Shown in pieces: positions 30,154 through 39,863 of a DNA stretch of 64,000 nt. Where the stretch lies: contig JBDQHL010000002.1 in assembly GCA_040264895.1 (NCBI GenBank), positions 12,342 to 76,341 on the forward strand, written 5' to 3'. Numbering within the stretch: the first letter of the stretch is position 1; each line of letters opens with the position of its first letter. The position numbers were made by a program, and so were the translations under genes. The DNA is from Bacteroidota bacterium. GTDB lineage: Bacteria > Bacteroidota > Ignavibacteria > Kapaibacteriales > UBA2268. The notes under the pieces are model-generated. The model was not told where the DNA came from. It made no database searches and saw only the letters and a list, made by a program, of their open reading frames with translations.

Positions 30154-31407
30154 ATGAACAAACATCTACCTCTTTATTCTAACTATATATCAACTCGTAA
30201 AATAACACAAAGCTTATGTGCTCCTCTCATAGAAGAAGATTACACTACTCAAGTGGATTGGTTTGTAAGCCCTCCCAAGTGGCATCTGGCACATACAACT
30301 TGGTTTTTTGAGACTTTTATTCTCATACCCAATTTGAAAGAATATAAGGTATTTGATGAAAAGTTCTCTTATTTGTTCAATAGTTACTACTTATCTAAAG
30401 GTGACCAATTAACGAAATCGGAAAGAGGAGTTCTTGCTAGACCACAACTTAATAAGATTATGGATTATAGAAAGCAAGTTGATTTAGCTATTGAGCAGTT
30501 ACTAGGCAGTTGCTCTGAGTTAGAATATTCAAAACTAGAGTCACTGATGCATATTGGTATAAATCACGAACAACAACATCAAGAGTTGTTGCTTATGGAT
30601 ATAAAATACAACTATGCTTCTAGTAGCTTTAAGCCTAACTACGCTGATTCAAATTTAAAGTTTGATACAGATATATTGCCCCAAGAATTTCTAAAAGTAG
30701 ACGAAGGAGTTTACTCTGTAGGATTCGAAGGTGATGAATTTCATTTTGACAATGAAGTACCAAGACATAAACAGTACGTACATGATTGCCATATATCTAA
30801 TAGATTAGTAACCAATAAAGAATATCTTGGTTTTATAACTGATGGCGGGTACAAAGATCCCCTTCTTTGGTTGTCTGATGGTTGGGACTGGAAACAAAAA
30901 AACAACATTAAGAAGCCGCTGTACTGGAATATTAATGATAATGGCTGTGATTACTTTACTTTACATGGACTGAGAGAGTTGGATCCTTCTGCACCTGTTA
31001 GTCATATTTCATTTTACGAAGCCAATGCTTTTGCTAAATGGGCTGGCTACAGATTGCCGACAGAATTCGAATGGGAAGTAGCTTGTAATAATTATAGTGC
31101 TGATGATTTGGAAAAAGCCAACCTATTAGATAATAGATTTATGGCATTGCCGAATACAAGCGCTCCACAATGTATTGGTAATTTGTGGGTTTGGACTGAA
31201 AGTGCCTACTTGCCATATCCTAATTATTTACAAGATAAGGGTGCATTGGGTGAATACAATGGAAAGTTTATGGTAAATCAGAAAGTTCTGAGGGGTGGCA
31301 GTTTCGCTACTCAGAGAAGTCACATAAGGGCAACATATAGAAATTTCTATCACCCTGAATCGAGATGGTGCTTCAATGGAATCAGATTAGCTAAAAATAA
31401 TGACTAA
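30154..31407 (+). CDS. egtB: EgtB-like sulfoxide synthase (DinB_2 plus FGE-sulfatase domains)
   Basis: DinB-type metal site HIGINHEQQHQELLLMD and a C-terminal FGE-like domain (NLWVWTESAYLPYP...LRGGSFAT). Confidence 0.75.
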   Translation: MNKHLPLYSNYISTRKITQSLCAPLIEEDYTTQVDWFVSPPKWHLAHTTWFFETFILIPNLKEYKVFDEKFSYLFNSYYLSKGDQLTKSERGVLARPQLNKIMDYRKQVDLAIEQLLGSCSELEYSKLESLMHIGINHEQQHQELLLMDIKYNYASSSFKPNYADSNLKFDTDILPQEFLKVDEGVYSVGFEGDEFHFDNEVPRHKQYVHDCHISNRLVTNKEYLGFITDGGYKDPLLWLSDGWDWKQKNNIKKPLYWNINDNGCDYFTLHGLRELDPSAPVSHISFYEANAFAKWAGYRLPTEFEWEVACNNYSADDLEKANLLDNRFMALPNTSAPQCIGNLWVWTESAYLPYPNYLQDKGALGEYNGKFMVNQKVLRGGSFATQRSHIRATYRNFYHPESRWCFNGIRLAKNND

Positions 31408-31694
31408 TTGTCAGGGGAGTGACTATTTGACACCTGTCGTTGTGTCATATCTTTCTTCATAGATTTGATACCAAAGTTGATACCATAGATAAATATATAA
31501 ATGAACCCGATAATACCTGCTGCTTCTAATATATTTATGCATTGCATTTTGAAGGTGTCGAATATCATTTTGTTACAGACGTTCTCTAAAGTAAACGACA
31601 TAAATAGAAAAAGCCCGCCAATAAAGAATATAAAAAATATTGTGCGGGCAATTTTTTCAATTGTAGTTTTCGTTCTGTTTTCGTTAGCTTTCAT
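31404..31694 (-). CDS. small two-TM membrane protein downstream of an ECF sigma factor
   Basis: 96 aa with two hydrophobic helices; overlaps the sigma gene by 11 nt. No zf-HC2 anti-sigma motif. Confidence 0.45.
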   Translation of the reverse strand: MKANENRTKTTIEKIARTIFFIFFIGGLFLFMSFTLENVCNKMIFDTFKMQCINILEAAGIIGFIYIFIYGINFGIKSMKKDMTQRQVSNSHSPDN

Positions 31695-32241
31695 TGAGTG
31701 AAGTGTATAAACCGTTTAATTTCTTTCTTAAATGCAGAACAGCATATCTCTTTCTTGCTAAAAGAGTATTTATGTTTACGCCTGTTTCTTCTGACATTTC
31801 TCTAAACGAAATACCTTCAAATTCATTTTTAACAAACACATTTCTTTGCTCATCTGGTAATTCTTTTAGTCCATCTTGTACAGAATCCCATATTGTTTTT
31901 CTAAGCAAATCGTCTTCAGGGCTAGCACCTTCGTCTTCTATGAAGTATTCGAAAGTATCCATTCCTTCTTCTTGTTGCTTCGGTGTTTGTAAATCCGAAA
32001 ACGCCTCTGCGCGTTTCTTTCTGTATGAATCAATAATTCTATTTCTTACTGCAGTGAACACCCAAGATGCTATATTTTCTATTGGTTTTTGAACATTTTT
32101 AGATGCTGCTAAAACATTTGTGAATACATCTTGTAGGATATCTTCTGCTTCTTCCTGCGATCTTACTCTTTTTCTGATAAAACCTAGGAACTTCTTTCTA
32201 TCGTTCTTGAACAACTCTTCTATTTGTAATGCTAAATCCAT
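31684..32241 (-). CDS. ECF-type sigma-70 family RNA polymerase sigma factor
   Basis: Region 2 (EAEDILQDVFTNV...WVFTAVRNRIIDSYRKK) and region 4 (ISFREMSEETGVNINTLLARKRYAVLHLRKKL). Confidence 0.88.
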   Translation of the reverse strand: MDLALQIEELFKNDRKKFLGFIRKRVRSQEEAEDILQDVFTNVLAASKNVQKPIENIASWVFTAVRNRIIDSYRKKRAEAFSDLQTPKQQEEGMDTFEYFIEDEGASPEDDLLRKTIWDSVQDGLKELPDEQRNVFVKNEFEGISFREMSEETGVNINTLLARKRYAVLHLRKKLNGLYTSLNES

Positions 32242-32448
32242 CTTATAAATCCTCGTTTTTCTTCAATTATTTTAAATAAGACTATTTTACTCTTATTTAA
32301 CCTCAATAACTATCTAAACGCAAAAAAGTTTCACTTTTTATAAACATTTTTTTAATTTTTGTTAAATTTTTTTATTTCACTGACATAATGTCAAGTAAAT
32401 ATAGTCTTAATCTGTATAATATATACGTGGGAATACCGTGCCAACAAT

Positions 32449-34047
32449 ATGATAAATCACAAAGCCACAATCTCTGCACTTGCTCACGAACTCTCTATTA
32501 CAATAGGATACGAGATAGTAGAAATATATCAGCAGTCCAAAGGAGTGTTAATAATAAGATTAGAAAATAATTCTGAAACTATATTTTTAGAATTTTCTAA
32601 TAATCAACCATATGATAGATTATTTGCTAGGGTACTACACAAGAGAGCAAAAGCAAATACAATAGATTTATTTCAATTCTTAGTTGGTCAAAGGATTTCT
32701 AATATAGTACAAGTCAACGAAGATAGGGTTTTGTGTATAAGCACTCAGGGCTATTTACTATTCTTTAAGCTATTTGGGCATAACCAATCTGATTTGGTAA
32801 TTACAAATCACAAGCAAAAAATAGTAGCTACTTATGCTGCTACCGAAAATGTAGAAGATCAGTTTGAGCTAGAAGAAAAAAGACCAACCTTACCTATAGA
32901 TATGCCTGATGAAATAAAAGTAGAAAAGGCAATAAGAAGTAGTAGTTATTATTTGGGTAGGCACTATACTAATGATTTCATAGCAAAGAGTGAATTAGAT
33001 AAAAACAAAACACTTGGTAATATTAACAAACAGGAATTAACAAATACTCTGACAGAATATTACCTCACATTGGCTAGGTCAAGTAATTCATATGTCTATC
33101 AATTAACGGATAATGACTATCTTGTGAGTTTGATTGAGCTAAATGGCTACGAACTACACCAAAAGTTTGAAACGGTAAGTGAGGGTATTAGAACAAAATT
33201 TATTCGTGAGATTAGCCGCAAATCATTAATAGAATTACAAAAGAAAGCCAACACTATCTTAACGAGAATAATAGCTAAAGATGAAAAAGCAATAAATAGA
33301 ATAAAGCAGCTAGATGATGGAAAGGAAAAATCCGATATGTATCGTCACTTTGCTGAGCTTATGCTCTCGCAACCTAACCCGAGAGAAAAACACGGAAAAA
33401 AAATAGATCTGAAAGACTGGGACGGTTCAAGTATAACTATTCCCTTGGACGAGAAATTAGACTTGGTTGATAATGCAGAGAAATATTTCAAAAAATCAAG
33501 CTCTATACTTAAGGAGCGAAAAATCGCGAAACAAAAGCTACCAGAAATAGAAAAAAACTATGAGCTAGTAAAAGAGCTAAAAAGCAAAATAGATTCAGCT
33601 GATAATGTAAAAATTGTAGAAGATATAATTTCTGAAAACAAAGCAATATTTGGAAGTATAATGAACAAGAGTAACAAAGAAGAAAGAGAAGATAAATATA
33701 AGAAGTTTGAACTTAGTGAAAACTATACTCTATACGTTGGTAAAAACGCCAAGAATAATGATGAACTAACGCTCAGGTTTGCAAAACCTAATGATATTTG
33801 GTTGCACGCTAGGGGAGTTGGCGGTTCGCATTGTGTTATCCGAGTAGATGGAAGAAAACCAAGCAAAGGCATAATAAAAGAAGCGGCAGCAATAGCTGCT
33901 TATTATTCTAAAGCAAAAAGCTCTAACTTGGCTCCAGTGGCATACACTGAAAAGAAATATGTTAGTAAACCAAAGGGAGCTAATCCTGGAGCGGTTGTAG
34001 TTAGGCGTGAAGATGTAGTAATGGTAGAACCTGGCTTACCAGAATAA
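32449..34047 (+). CDS. NFACT family protein (RqcH/FbpA-like, with a DUF814/NFACT-R domain)
   Basis: 532 aa. The C-terminal YTLYVGKNAKNNDELTLRFAKPNDIWLHARGVGGSHCVIR is the NFACT-R signature. Confidence 0.8.
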   Translation: MINHKATISALAHELSITIGYEIVEIYQQSKGVLIIRLENNSETIFLEFSNNQPYDRLFARVLHKRAKANTIDLFQFLVGQRISNIVQVNEDRVLCISTQGYLLFFKLFGHNQSDLVITNHKQKIVATYAATENVEDQFELEEKRPTLPIDMPDEIKVEKAIRSSSYYLGRHYTNDFIAKSELDKNKTLGNINKQELTNTLTEYYLTLARSSNSYVYQLTDNDYLVSLIELNGYELHQKFETVSEGIRTKFIREISRKSLIELQKKANTILTRIIAKDEKAINRIKQLDDGKEKSDMYRHFAELMLSQPNPREKHGKKIDLKDWDGSSITIPLDEKLDLVDNAEKYFKKSSSILKERKIAKQKLPEIEKNYELVKELKSKIDSADNVKIVEDIISENKAIFGSIMNKSNKEEREDKYKKFELSENYTLYVGKNAKNNDELTLRFAKPNDIWLHARGVGGSHCVIRVDGRKPSKGIIKEAAAIAAYYSKAKSSNLAPVAYTEKKYVSKPKGANPGAVVVRREDVVMVEPGLPE

Positions 34048-34109
34048 AAAAAGTGAGCTGTTATAGAATACCTCCCTCCATACTTAAAGTCTTTTCTATC
34101 TGAGATTAC

Positions 34110-34736
34110 TTATTTTTTGAACTGGATGATGTTATTGTTTATTGTCATTTCAGAAGGATTGAAATTACTAGCAATCCATTGAAAAGTTCTATTTTTATAA
34201 ATGAAGACATGAGTAAAATCATTCTTATAATACCAATTATCGAAGTCAACATCATTAGTGTATATATTCGTTTTACAGTACAATCTGCCACCTGTGTTTA
34301 GCATATTGAACAATCTGCTAAACTCTTCAAAAGGGTGATGGAAATGCTCTATTACCTCGCAAGCATAGATATAATCGTATTTGTTATTTAACAGGTCGGG
34401 GTTATCATAATAAATAGGGTCATACTGTTTTACCACGAAACCATTATCACTTAGCTGTTTGTGGACAGCAGAGCCATTGCCAGCACCAAAGTCAAGACCA
34501 ATATGTTCTGCAGTTTGGTTAGCAATAAGTAAATCAGTCAGCGGCTTAACAAAATCTTGATAACCCTCATCTTCAGGATCATTTTGGTGCTTTAGGTATC
34601 TTTCCTTTTCTTCTTGATAGCTTGGCAGCTTTGATTTAGGACGGAACAACCCCTCACAAGTATTACATTCATAGAATATATCCTTGTAGAAGGAAGTTCC
34701 TTCTGACTTACACATTGGGCATTTTTCTATTTTCAT
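34110..34736 (-). CDS. class I SAM-dependent methyltransferase with an N-terminal Cys4 zinc ribbon
   Basis: CPMCKS...CNTC followed by GLDFGAGNGSAV (motif I). Confidence 0.75.
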   Translation of the reverse strand: MKIEKCPMCKSEGTSFYKDIFYECNTCEGLFRPKSKLPSYQEEKERYLKHQNDPEDEGYQDFVKPLTDLLIANQTAEHIGLDFGAGNGSAVHKQLSDNGFVVKQYDPIYYDNPDLLNNKYDYIYACEVIEHFHHPFEEFSRLFNMLNTGGRLYCKTNIYTNDVDFDNWYYKNDFTHVFIYKNRTFQWIASNFNPSEMTINNNIIQFKK

Positions 34737-34742
34737 ATTCTA

Positions 34743-35846
34743 TCACTCCCTGTTGACCCACAAGTCAATTATTTGTGATATTTCATCGGATTCTTTCATT
34801 GCTAATATTTGTAAGTTTATATCTCTTCTAATTGGACTTTTCGTAGGAAATACGAACCCATAGTTTTGTTTGTATAGCCCATTGGTAGTAAGAGTAAATT
34901 GCTTTTTATCCAACTTGTTGAATATATATTCCAAAGGAATAATATCATATACAATAGCATCAATTTTACCACTATTCAATAACTTCAGTGCCTCTTCAAT
35001 ATCTGGAACTTCAATTGGCTTTCCACCATTTGCTCTTATATTATCAGAAAGTCTGGAAATAGAAGGTATAGCTACTTTTTTCTCTTTATCTATATCGTTT
35101 AAGCTAGTTATAGTCTGGCTATTGCTATTGCTTGCTGTAAGTGTGCTAGCTATACCTGCTACGAATGACGTTGCCATAATTAATGATATTATCATCCAAG
35201 CACCTAGTATAACTTTCCCAGCAGCAGTTTTAGGTGAGTAATCTCCGTATCCGACAGTGGTCATGGTAACAATCGCTAACCATACACCTGTTCCAATTCC
35301 TTGTAATGGTTTGTCTCTAAATTCCTTCAGCTCTCCTTTTCGCTCTACTAACCATACCAAAAAACCTACTAAAGTTAGTATAAGGACAAGCCCAAAAACA
35401 GCGTAAAGAAAATTGATACTAAAAAATGGAGCCAACCTATCCCATATAGTAACTTCAACTACTGGAGCTAGTATAGCAAGCTCTGTGTTGTAGTATGGCT
35501 GGGAGAACGAGATCTGTTTTGCTCTTTCTAGGTTGATAGTAATAGGACCGATGAGTAAATCAATTTTGTTTGAAGTTACTGCATTTATTCCTTCCTTTAC
35601 AGAATTGTAATGTATGTATTTAAAGTCATAGTTGAGCTCGAAAGCGATATCTTTCCAAATATCAATTATTATACCTTCTGGATTACCTGTATGATAAAGA
35701 AATGGAACCGAGCCAGAATACCCTACTTTAAGTTGTTGTCTAGTCTGTAAGTTAGCACTACTGTCTATTTCTAATTCTTGACCAATTGAGGGTGTCAAAA
35801 AACATAGAAATAGTAATGATATTATTATATATTTATTTTTACTCAT
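34743..35846 (-). CDS. GluR0-like ligand-gated potassium channel (substrate-binding-protein domain split by an M1-P-M2 pore)
   Basis: S1 lobe, a TM helix, the pore TMTTVGYGDYSP, a second TM helix, then the S2 lobe (KIDAIVYDIIPLEY...YGFVFP). Confidence 0.8.
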   Translation of the reverse strand: MSKNKYIIISLLFLCFLTPSIGQELEIDSSANLQTRQQLKVGYSGSVPFLYHTGNPEGIIIDIWKDIAFELNYDFKYIHYNSVKEGINAVTSNKIDLLIGPITINLERAKQISFSQPYYNTELAILAPVVEVTIWDRLAPFFSINFLYAVFGLVLILTLVGFLVWLVERKGELKEFRDKPLQGIGTGVWLAIVTMTTVGYGDYSPKTAAGKVILGAWMIISLIMATSFVAGIASTLTASNSNSQTITSLNDIDKEKKVAIPSISRLSDNIRANGGKPIEVPDIEEALKLLNSGKIDAIVYDIIPLEYIFNKLDKKQFTLTTNGLYKQNYGFVFPTKSPIRRDINLQILAMKESDEISQIIDLWVNRE

Positions 35847-36058
35847 AGTTATAAACATACTAAATTTTTATTTGATGATAAAAAGTCTTCTACTTTAGTC
35901 TCATTAGCCTTCATAAATTCTCCTATTTGATATATAACGATGATAAAATAGAGATTTTTTCACTTTTACCCAAAATTATTTATGATTCTAAAGATTCAAG
36001 AATTGGAAATTGAAGTTATTTCCACTTTTATAATATAATAACGGTTCTCTGTTTTGAG

Positions 36059-36138
36059 ATGTATTCATATCGACTACGCTCTGTGTAAACAATACATATC
36101 TACTGTGCTAATTTCAAGCATTTCGACAAGCTCAATGC
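36059..36138 (+). repeat. two tandem hairpin repeats with a TCGAC-N2-3-GCTC loop
   Basis: ATGTATT-catATCGACtacGCTCtgtgtaaac-AATACAT (36059-36097) and GCATT-TCGACaaGCTC-AATGC (36118-36138). Confidence 0.8.
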
Positions 36139-36141
36139 ACA

Positions 36142-36333
36142 TCAATTACCCCCTTCCTCATTCTCCACCTGGCCCTTACGTTGGTATGAGCGGTAAAGTA
36201 GAAAAAGGTACAGAATAGTTACTAAGGTGGAAGGTAGCCAGCCGAAGCCAACTACATAGTAGAAGAAGAAATAGCTACCAAGACCAAGCAAGGTAAGTGC
36301 AGCAAATTTCTTTGGGTTTGTGTCTAATTTCAT
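36142..36333 (-). CDS. small two-TM membrane protein
   Basis: 63 aa. Its ATG overlaps the stop of the HD gene (ATGA at 36333-36330). Confidence 0.5.
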   Translation of the reverse strand: MKLDTNPKKFAALTLLGLGSYFFFYYVVGFGWLPSTLVTILYLFLLYRSYQRKGQVENEEGGN

Positions 36334-37520
36334 TTCGAGTCATACTCCTCGAACAGCTTATAGACCGGTACATCGGCTATTACTTTGCCAGCGTATTTGC
36401 GTCTTACTGCTTGGGTTGCCTCGGCTAATTCGCGTGATTTTATTCCATAATCTATAGAGTTCTGTGCTTCCAAAAAAGCTGCAAAATCATCAGCCACTTT
36501 GAGCAAAGTGCCATCATAAGGGTTGTATTTGTCTTCGTTGTACTTGCTGTTCATCTCTGATTGGTCGACTATTTCGCCGTCGTTTATTTTTGCAGTAAAC
36601 TCATCGCGAGTGAAGAATTTAATCTCATCCAACCACTCTGGTTCCAATTGTGGAAATATCTCTTGTTCAGCAAGCATTTCTTCTATTCGCTTTATCTCTT
36701 CTTGCATACCAGGAACGGAGCGTTTCACAGGCTTTATTATATCACGAGTTACTACTTCTGGCAAATCGTGGAATATCCCACCCCAGAAATTGTTGTATAT
36801 TCTTCTATCTGTCACATTAGGTATCTGCTTAGTAAAGAAATACGACAAACAAGCAACCAACATTGTGTGCCCTAATACCGATGTATTAGGTATTCGTGGC
36901 AGGTGTCCCCATCTAACTTGGTAACGCAGTTCGCCGGTAAGGTCTACAAAATTCTTGATTTTCTGTTTGTTCAGAATGTTTTGAATTCCCTTCAGGTCTT
37001 TGTATTTCTCTATCTCATTTACTAGTTCTTTGTGAATGTGGTCTATCTTATACCCCTCGGGATTAGCATTTCGAACTAATAGAAATTCGTAGTAAGTGGA
37101 ATATATGTGGGCAGCGTCTAATATCTTTTGGCTATGCGGGTGGATATAGTCATCCTCAGTCATGTAGCTTTTGAACTCTTGCTTTATCTCTTCATTGGTG
37201 AACTTATTCTCAACCTCTTTGAATATCATAAAGTTGAGTTTTTTCACTAACTCTTTGTTCTTGCTAATTTCTTTAAACACAGGTGACTGTATATCGCTGA
37301 TTACATTTCTTCTAATCAACTCATATATTCCACCTTTTATTATATCTAACCACTCAAATTCGTAGCCCTCTTCTTCCTCATACTTTGCTAGGCAGTAGGC
37401 AATCATCATTTTGTGTGAGTGTTTATCTATCTGTATTAAATCTATTGGTCTTAGTTTGTCATTCCATCTGACAATGGAAAACCCTTTGAAAAGTAAGTCA
37501 ATAAGTGATTTTTTTAGCAT
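36330..37520 (-). CDS. HD-domain phosphohydrolase family protein
   Basis: VLGHTMLVACLSYF...GGIFHDLPEVVTRDI (H...HD...D metal-site pattern). Confidence 0.75.
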   Translation of the reverse strand: MLKKSLIDLLFKGFSIVRWNDKLRPIDLIQIDKHSHKMMIAYCLAKYEEEEGYEFEWLDIIKGGIYELIRRNVISDIQSPVFKEISKNKELVKKLNFMIFKEVENKFTNEEIKQEFKSYMTEDDYIHPHSQKILDAAHIYSTYYEFLLVRNANPEGYKIDHIHKELVNEIEKYKDLKGIQNILNKQKIKNFVDLTGELRYQVRWGHLPRIPNTSVLGHTMLVACLSYFFTKQIPNVTDRRIYNNFWGGIFHDLPEVVTRDIIKPVKRSVPGMQEEIKRIEEMLAEQEIFPQLEPEWLDEIKFFTRDEFTAKINDGEIVDQSEMNSKYNEDKYNPYDGTLLKVADDFAAFLEAQNSIDYGIKSRELAEATQAVRRKYAGKVIADVPVYKLFEEYDSK

Positions 37521-37532
37521 AATTATCTTCTT

Positions 37533-38570
37533 TTATTGTTTTTTTTCTATTCTCTTATCTCTCTGCTGCTTAGCCAATACCCTTAGGTCAGCCACCTTGT
37601 CGCCTTCATCTATTATCTCTACGCCCAGTATCGTTTCCAGCACGTCTTCCATAGTTATTAGTCCTTCCACTCCACCATATTCATCAACTACTATGAACAT
37701 ATGCTTTTTTCTTCTTAAGAACTCTTCCAATGCCTTGTCTAACCTGGTGCCTTCTTCAATTAGGTTTAGCTCTCTGGTAATAGAGCGGATATTCTTATTA
37801 TTCTCACCTTTCAGTGCAGTTAGAAATATATCTTTGGAAAGTACATAACCTACTATTTCTTCGTGTTCGGTGTCCTGACTCCATACAGGTATTCTGGAAT
37901 ATTGGCTCAGCTCAGTTATATTCTGAACTTCACCAATAGTTTGCCCTTCTGTAAAAGTAATCATAACAGTACGAGGAGTCATTACATCAGATACTAATAC
38001 CTCACTAAAGTTCATTATGTTCTTTAGTATTCTATACTCATCATCGTCTAGTGAACCCTCGTCTTTTGCAGATTCAAACATGGCAGTTATCTCTTCTCTA
38101 CTGTTTTCTTCAGCATTTTTACCGCTAACTCTTAGTGATATTTTGTCTGTAAGGGCTTCCATTGGTTTGTTCAGTGTAAAGAACAAATCATAGAATGCGA
38201 TGAACTTGTGTACATACTTTTTAGATAGCTTCATACCAGCTACAAATGATGCGAATTTGAGCACAGCTATAATTACTAATAGAACAACAAATGAAACTAT
38301 AATACTAAATAAGCTGTCATCTGCCAATGTTAGACTTAGTCCATAAGTAAACAGTGCAAGGGAAAGTAATAGTGTTTCTAAAAGTAAGAATGGGTTTAAT
38401 GTTTCGTCGTAGCGAAGCCAAAACTTTTGCAGTCTTCTGGAATTAGGTATCTCATCTTCAATCATTTCATCCAGGTCATCTTGACTTAGCGACGAAATTA
38501 AGTTTGAAATAAACGAAATTAAGGTGGCAACTATAATAGAAATAGTCGTTATCGTCTGGGGTACGTCCAT
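37533..38570 (-). CDS. CNNM/DUF21-type membrane protein with a CBS pair and no CorC_HlyC domain
   Basis: N-terminal TM helices followed by VLVSDVMTPRTVM...IPVWSQDTEHEEIVGYVLSKDI...MFIVVDEYGGVEGLITMEDVLE. Confidence 0.8.
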   Translation of the reverse strand: MDVPQTITTISIIVATLISFISNLISSLSQDDLDEMIEDEIPNSRRLQKFWLRYDETLNPFLLLETLLLSLALFTYGLSLTLADDSLFSIIVSFVVLLVIIAVLKFASFVAGMKLSKKYVHKFIAFYDLFFTLNKPMEALTDKISLRVSGKNAEENSREEITAMFESAKDEGSLDDDEYRILKNIMNFSEVLVSDVMTPRTVMITFTEGQTIGEVQNITELSQYSRIPVWSQDTEHEEIVGYVLSKDIFLTALKGENNKNIRSITRELNLIEEGTRLDKALEEFLRRKKHMFIVVDEYGGVEGLITMEDVLETILGVEIIDEGDKVADLRVLAKQQRDKRIEKKQ

Positions 38571-38646
38571 AAATTAAAAAGCTTCTTGGCTCCTAATGTT
38601 TATAATATCTGTTAGTTAGAACAAAACTAACGTAACTGTGATTATA

Positions 38647-39279
38647 TTAGTTTGTCCAGTCTTTATCAACTATGTTTATCCTGCCGGGATAATTGATATT
38701 CCCCAACGGAGTTTTAACAGTTGGTCTGGCATCTAATTTTAAATTTGCGGCCGATCCGTTTTGCCCACCAATGGCAAGCGCCAGGTTTATAAGGTCACTG
38801 TATCCGTCATTACCAAAGAATTCGTATAAATCTATATTCATTGTCAGGGGTATATTAGTCGCGTTCCCAGTGCCAGGAATTATCAAGTCGTTACTAATAT
38901 CACCAGCTATAGTTTGCTTCCCATCTATGAAAAGCCTCCAGTCCAATCCAGTCAGAGTAGCTGATGATTGCTTAGTACCACCAGTGCCATCATTGGGATT
39001 ACGTGCATCTAAGTTGAGCACAAACTGAGCAGGCAATCTCTTGTCCGAAAATGCCTTAGTTAGTCTAATGCCATCCATAACTGATAGGTCACTAACAGAC
39101 TTTACATTACTTAAGTTTACTCCTGCTACGACAAAGTTGTTTACATTGTCTAACTTAAATTCTAATCTCTGTAAGTTAGCTATAGAGTCTTTTATCTGGT
39201 TCAGCGTCTTGCAACTACTTAGCATAAGCGATGCAATAAGTATTGCCAAAACTGATATTTTCAACCTGTTAATTTTCAC
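38647..39279 (-). CDS. lipoprotein, LEA type-2 (NDR1/HIN1-like) fold candidate
   Basis: Lipobox LMLSSC followed by a beta-rich pattern (FKLDNVNNFVVAGVNLS...WRLFIDGKQTIAGDI). Confidence 0.5.
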   Translation of the reverse strand: MKINRLKISVLAILIASLMLSSCKTLNQIKDSIANLQRLEFKLDNVNNFVVAGVNLSNVKSVSDLSVMDGIRLTKAFSDKRLPAQFVLNLDARNPNDGTGGTKQSSATLTGLDWRLFIDGKQTIAGDISNDLIIPGTGNATNIPLTMNIDLYEFFGNDGYSDLINLALAIGGQNGSAANLKLDARPTVKTPLGNINYPGRINIVDKDWTN

Positions 39280-39746
39280 TATACGTTTAGTCCAGCAGTT
39301 TCTAGTACATCATTCGAGGACTGACCTGCACTGTCTAAAGCACTCGACAAAACCGATACTTTTTTCTGTGCTATATATAAATCAGTTAATAGCTTAACTT
39401 GTGCTACTAATAATTTTTCTTCAATCGGTTTACTCAAGAAGTCATCTGCACCAGCATCTATTGACTTCAGCTGATTAGCTGTATCACTAAGAGCTGTAAC
39501 AATAACAATAGGAATATCCTTATTATTATCATTTTGTCTTAAATTTCTAACAGTTTCATATCCATCCATTCTTGGCATCATTACATCTAGTACTATTGCG
39601 TAAGGTTTTTTCTCCTTAACTACTTCCAGACACTCAATACCATCATGTGCTATCATTACTTCATAGCCGTTACTTTCTAGATATCTTTTTAACAATTTTG
39701 TTGTGATTTTATTATCATCAACTACCAATATTGGTTTTGTACTTAT
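39279..39746 (-). CDS. stand-alone response-regulator receiver domain with ATA at the expected start position
   Basis: (I)STKPILVVDDNK...DVMMPRMDG...TALSD...K. The only canonical start is the TTG at 39728, inside beta-strand 1. ATA at 39746-39744 lies 7 nt after an AAGG SD. Confidence 0.8.
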   Translation of the reverse strand: MSTKPILVVDDNKITTKLLKRYLESNGYEVMIAHDGIECLEVVKEKKPYAIVLDVMMPRMDGYETVRNLRQNDNNKDIPIVIVTALSDTANQLKSIDAGADDFLSKPIEEKLLVAQVKLLTDLYIAQKKVSVLSSALDSAGQSSNDVLETAGLNV

Positions 39747-39863
39747 AAGTTAACCTTAATTGTTGAATTTTTATTACAAATTTATTAAATAAAGCGTTAC
39801 CTGATGCTATAAATCTAACTATTTTTTAACACAGTTACAACTACTCCAAGCATTTTAAAACTA

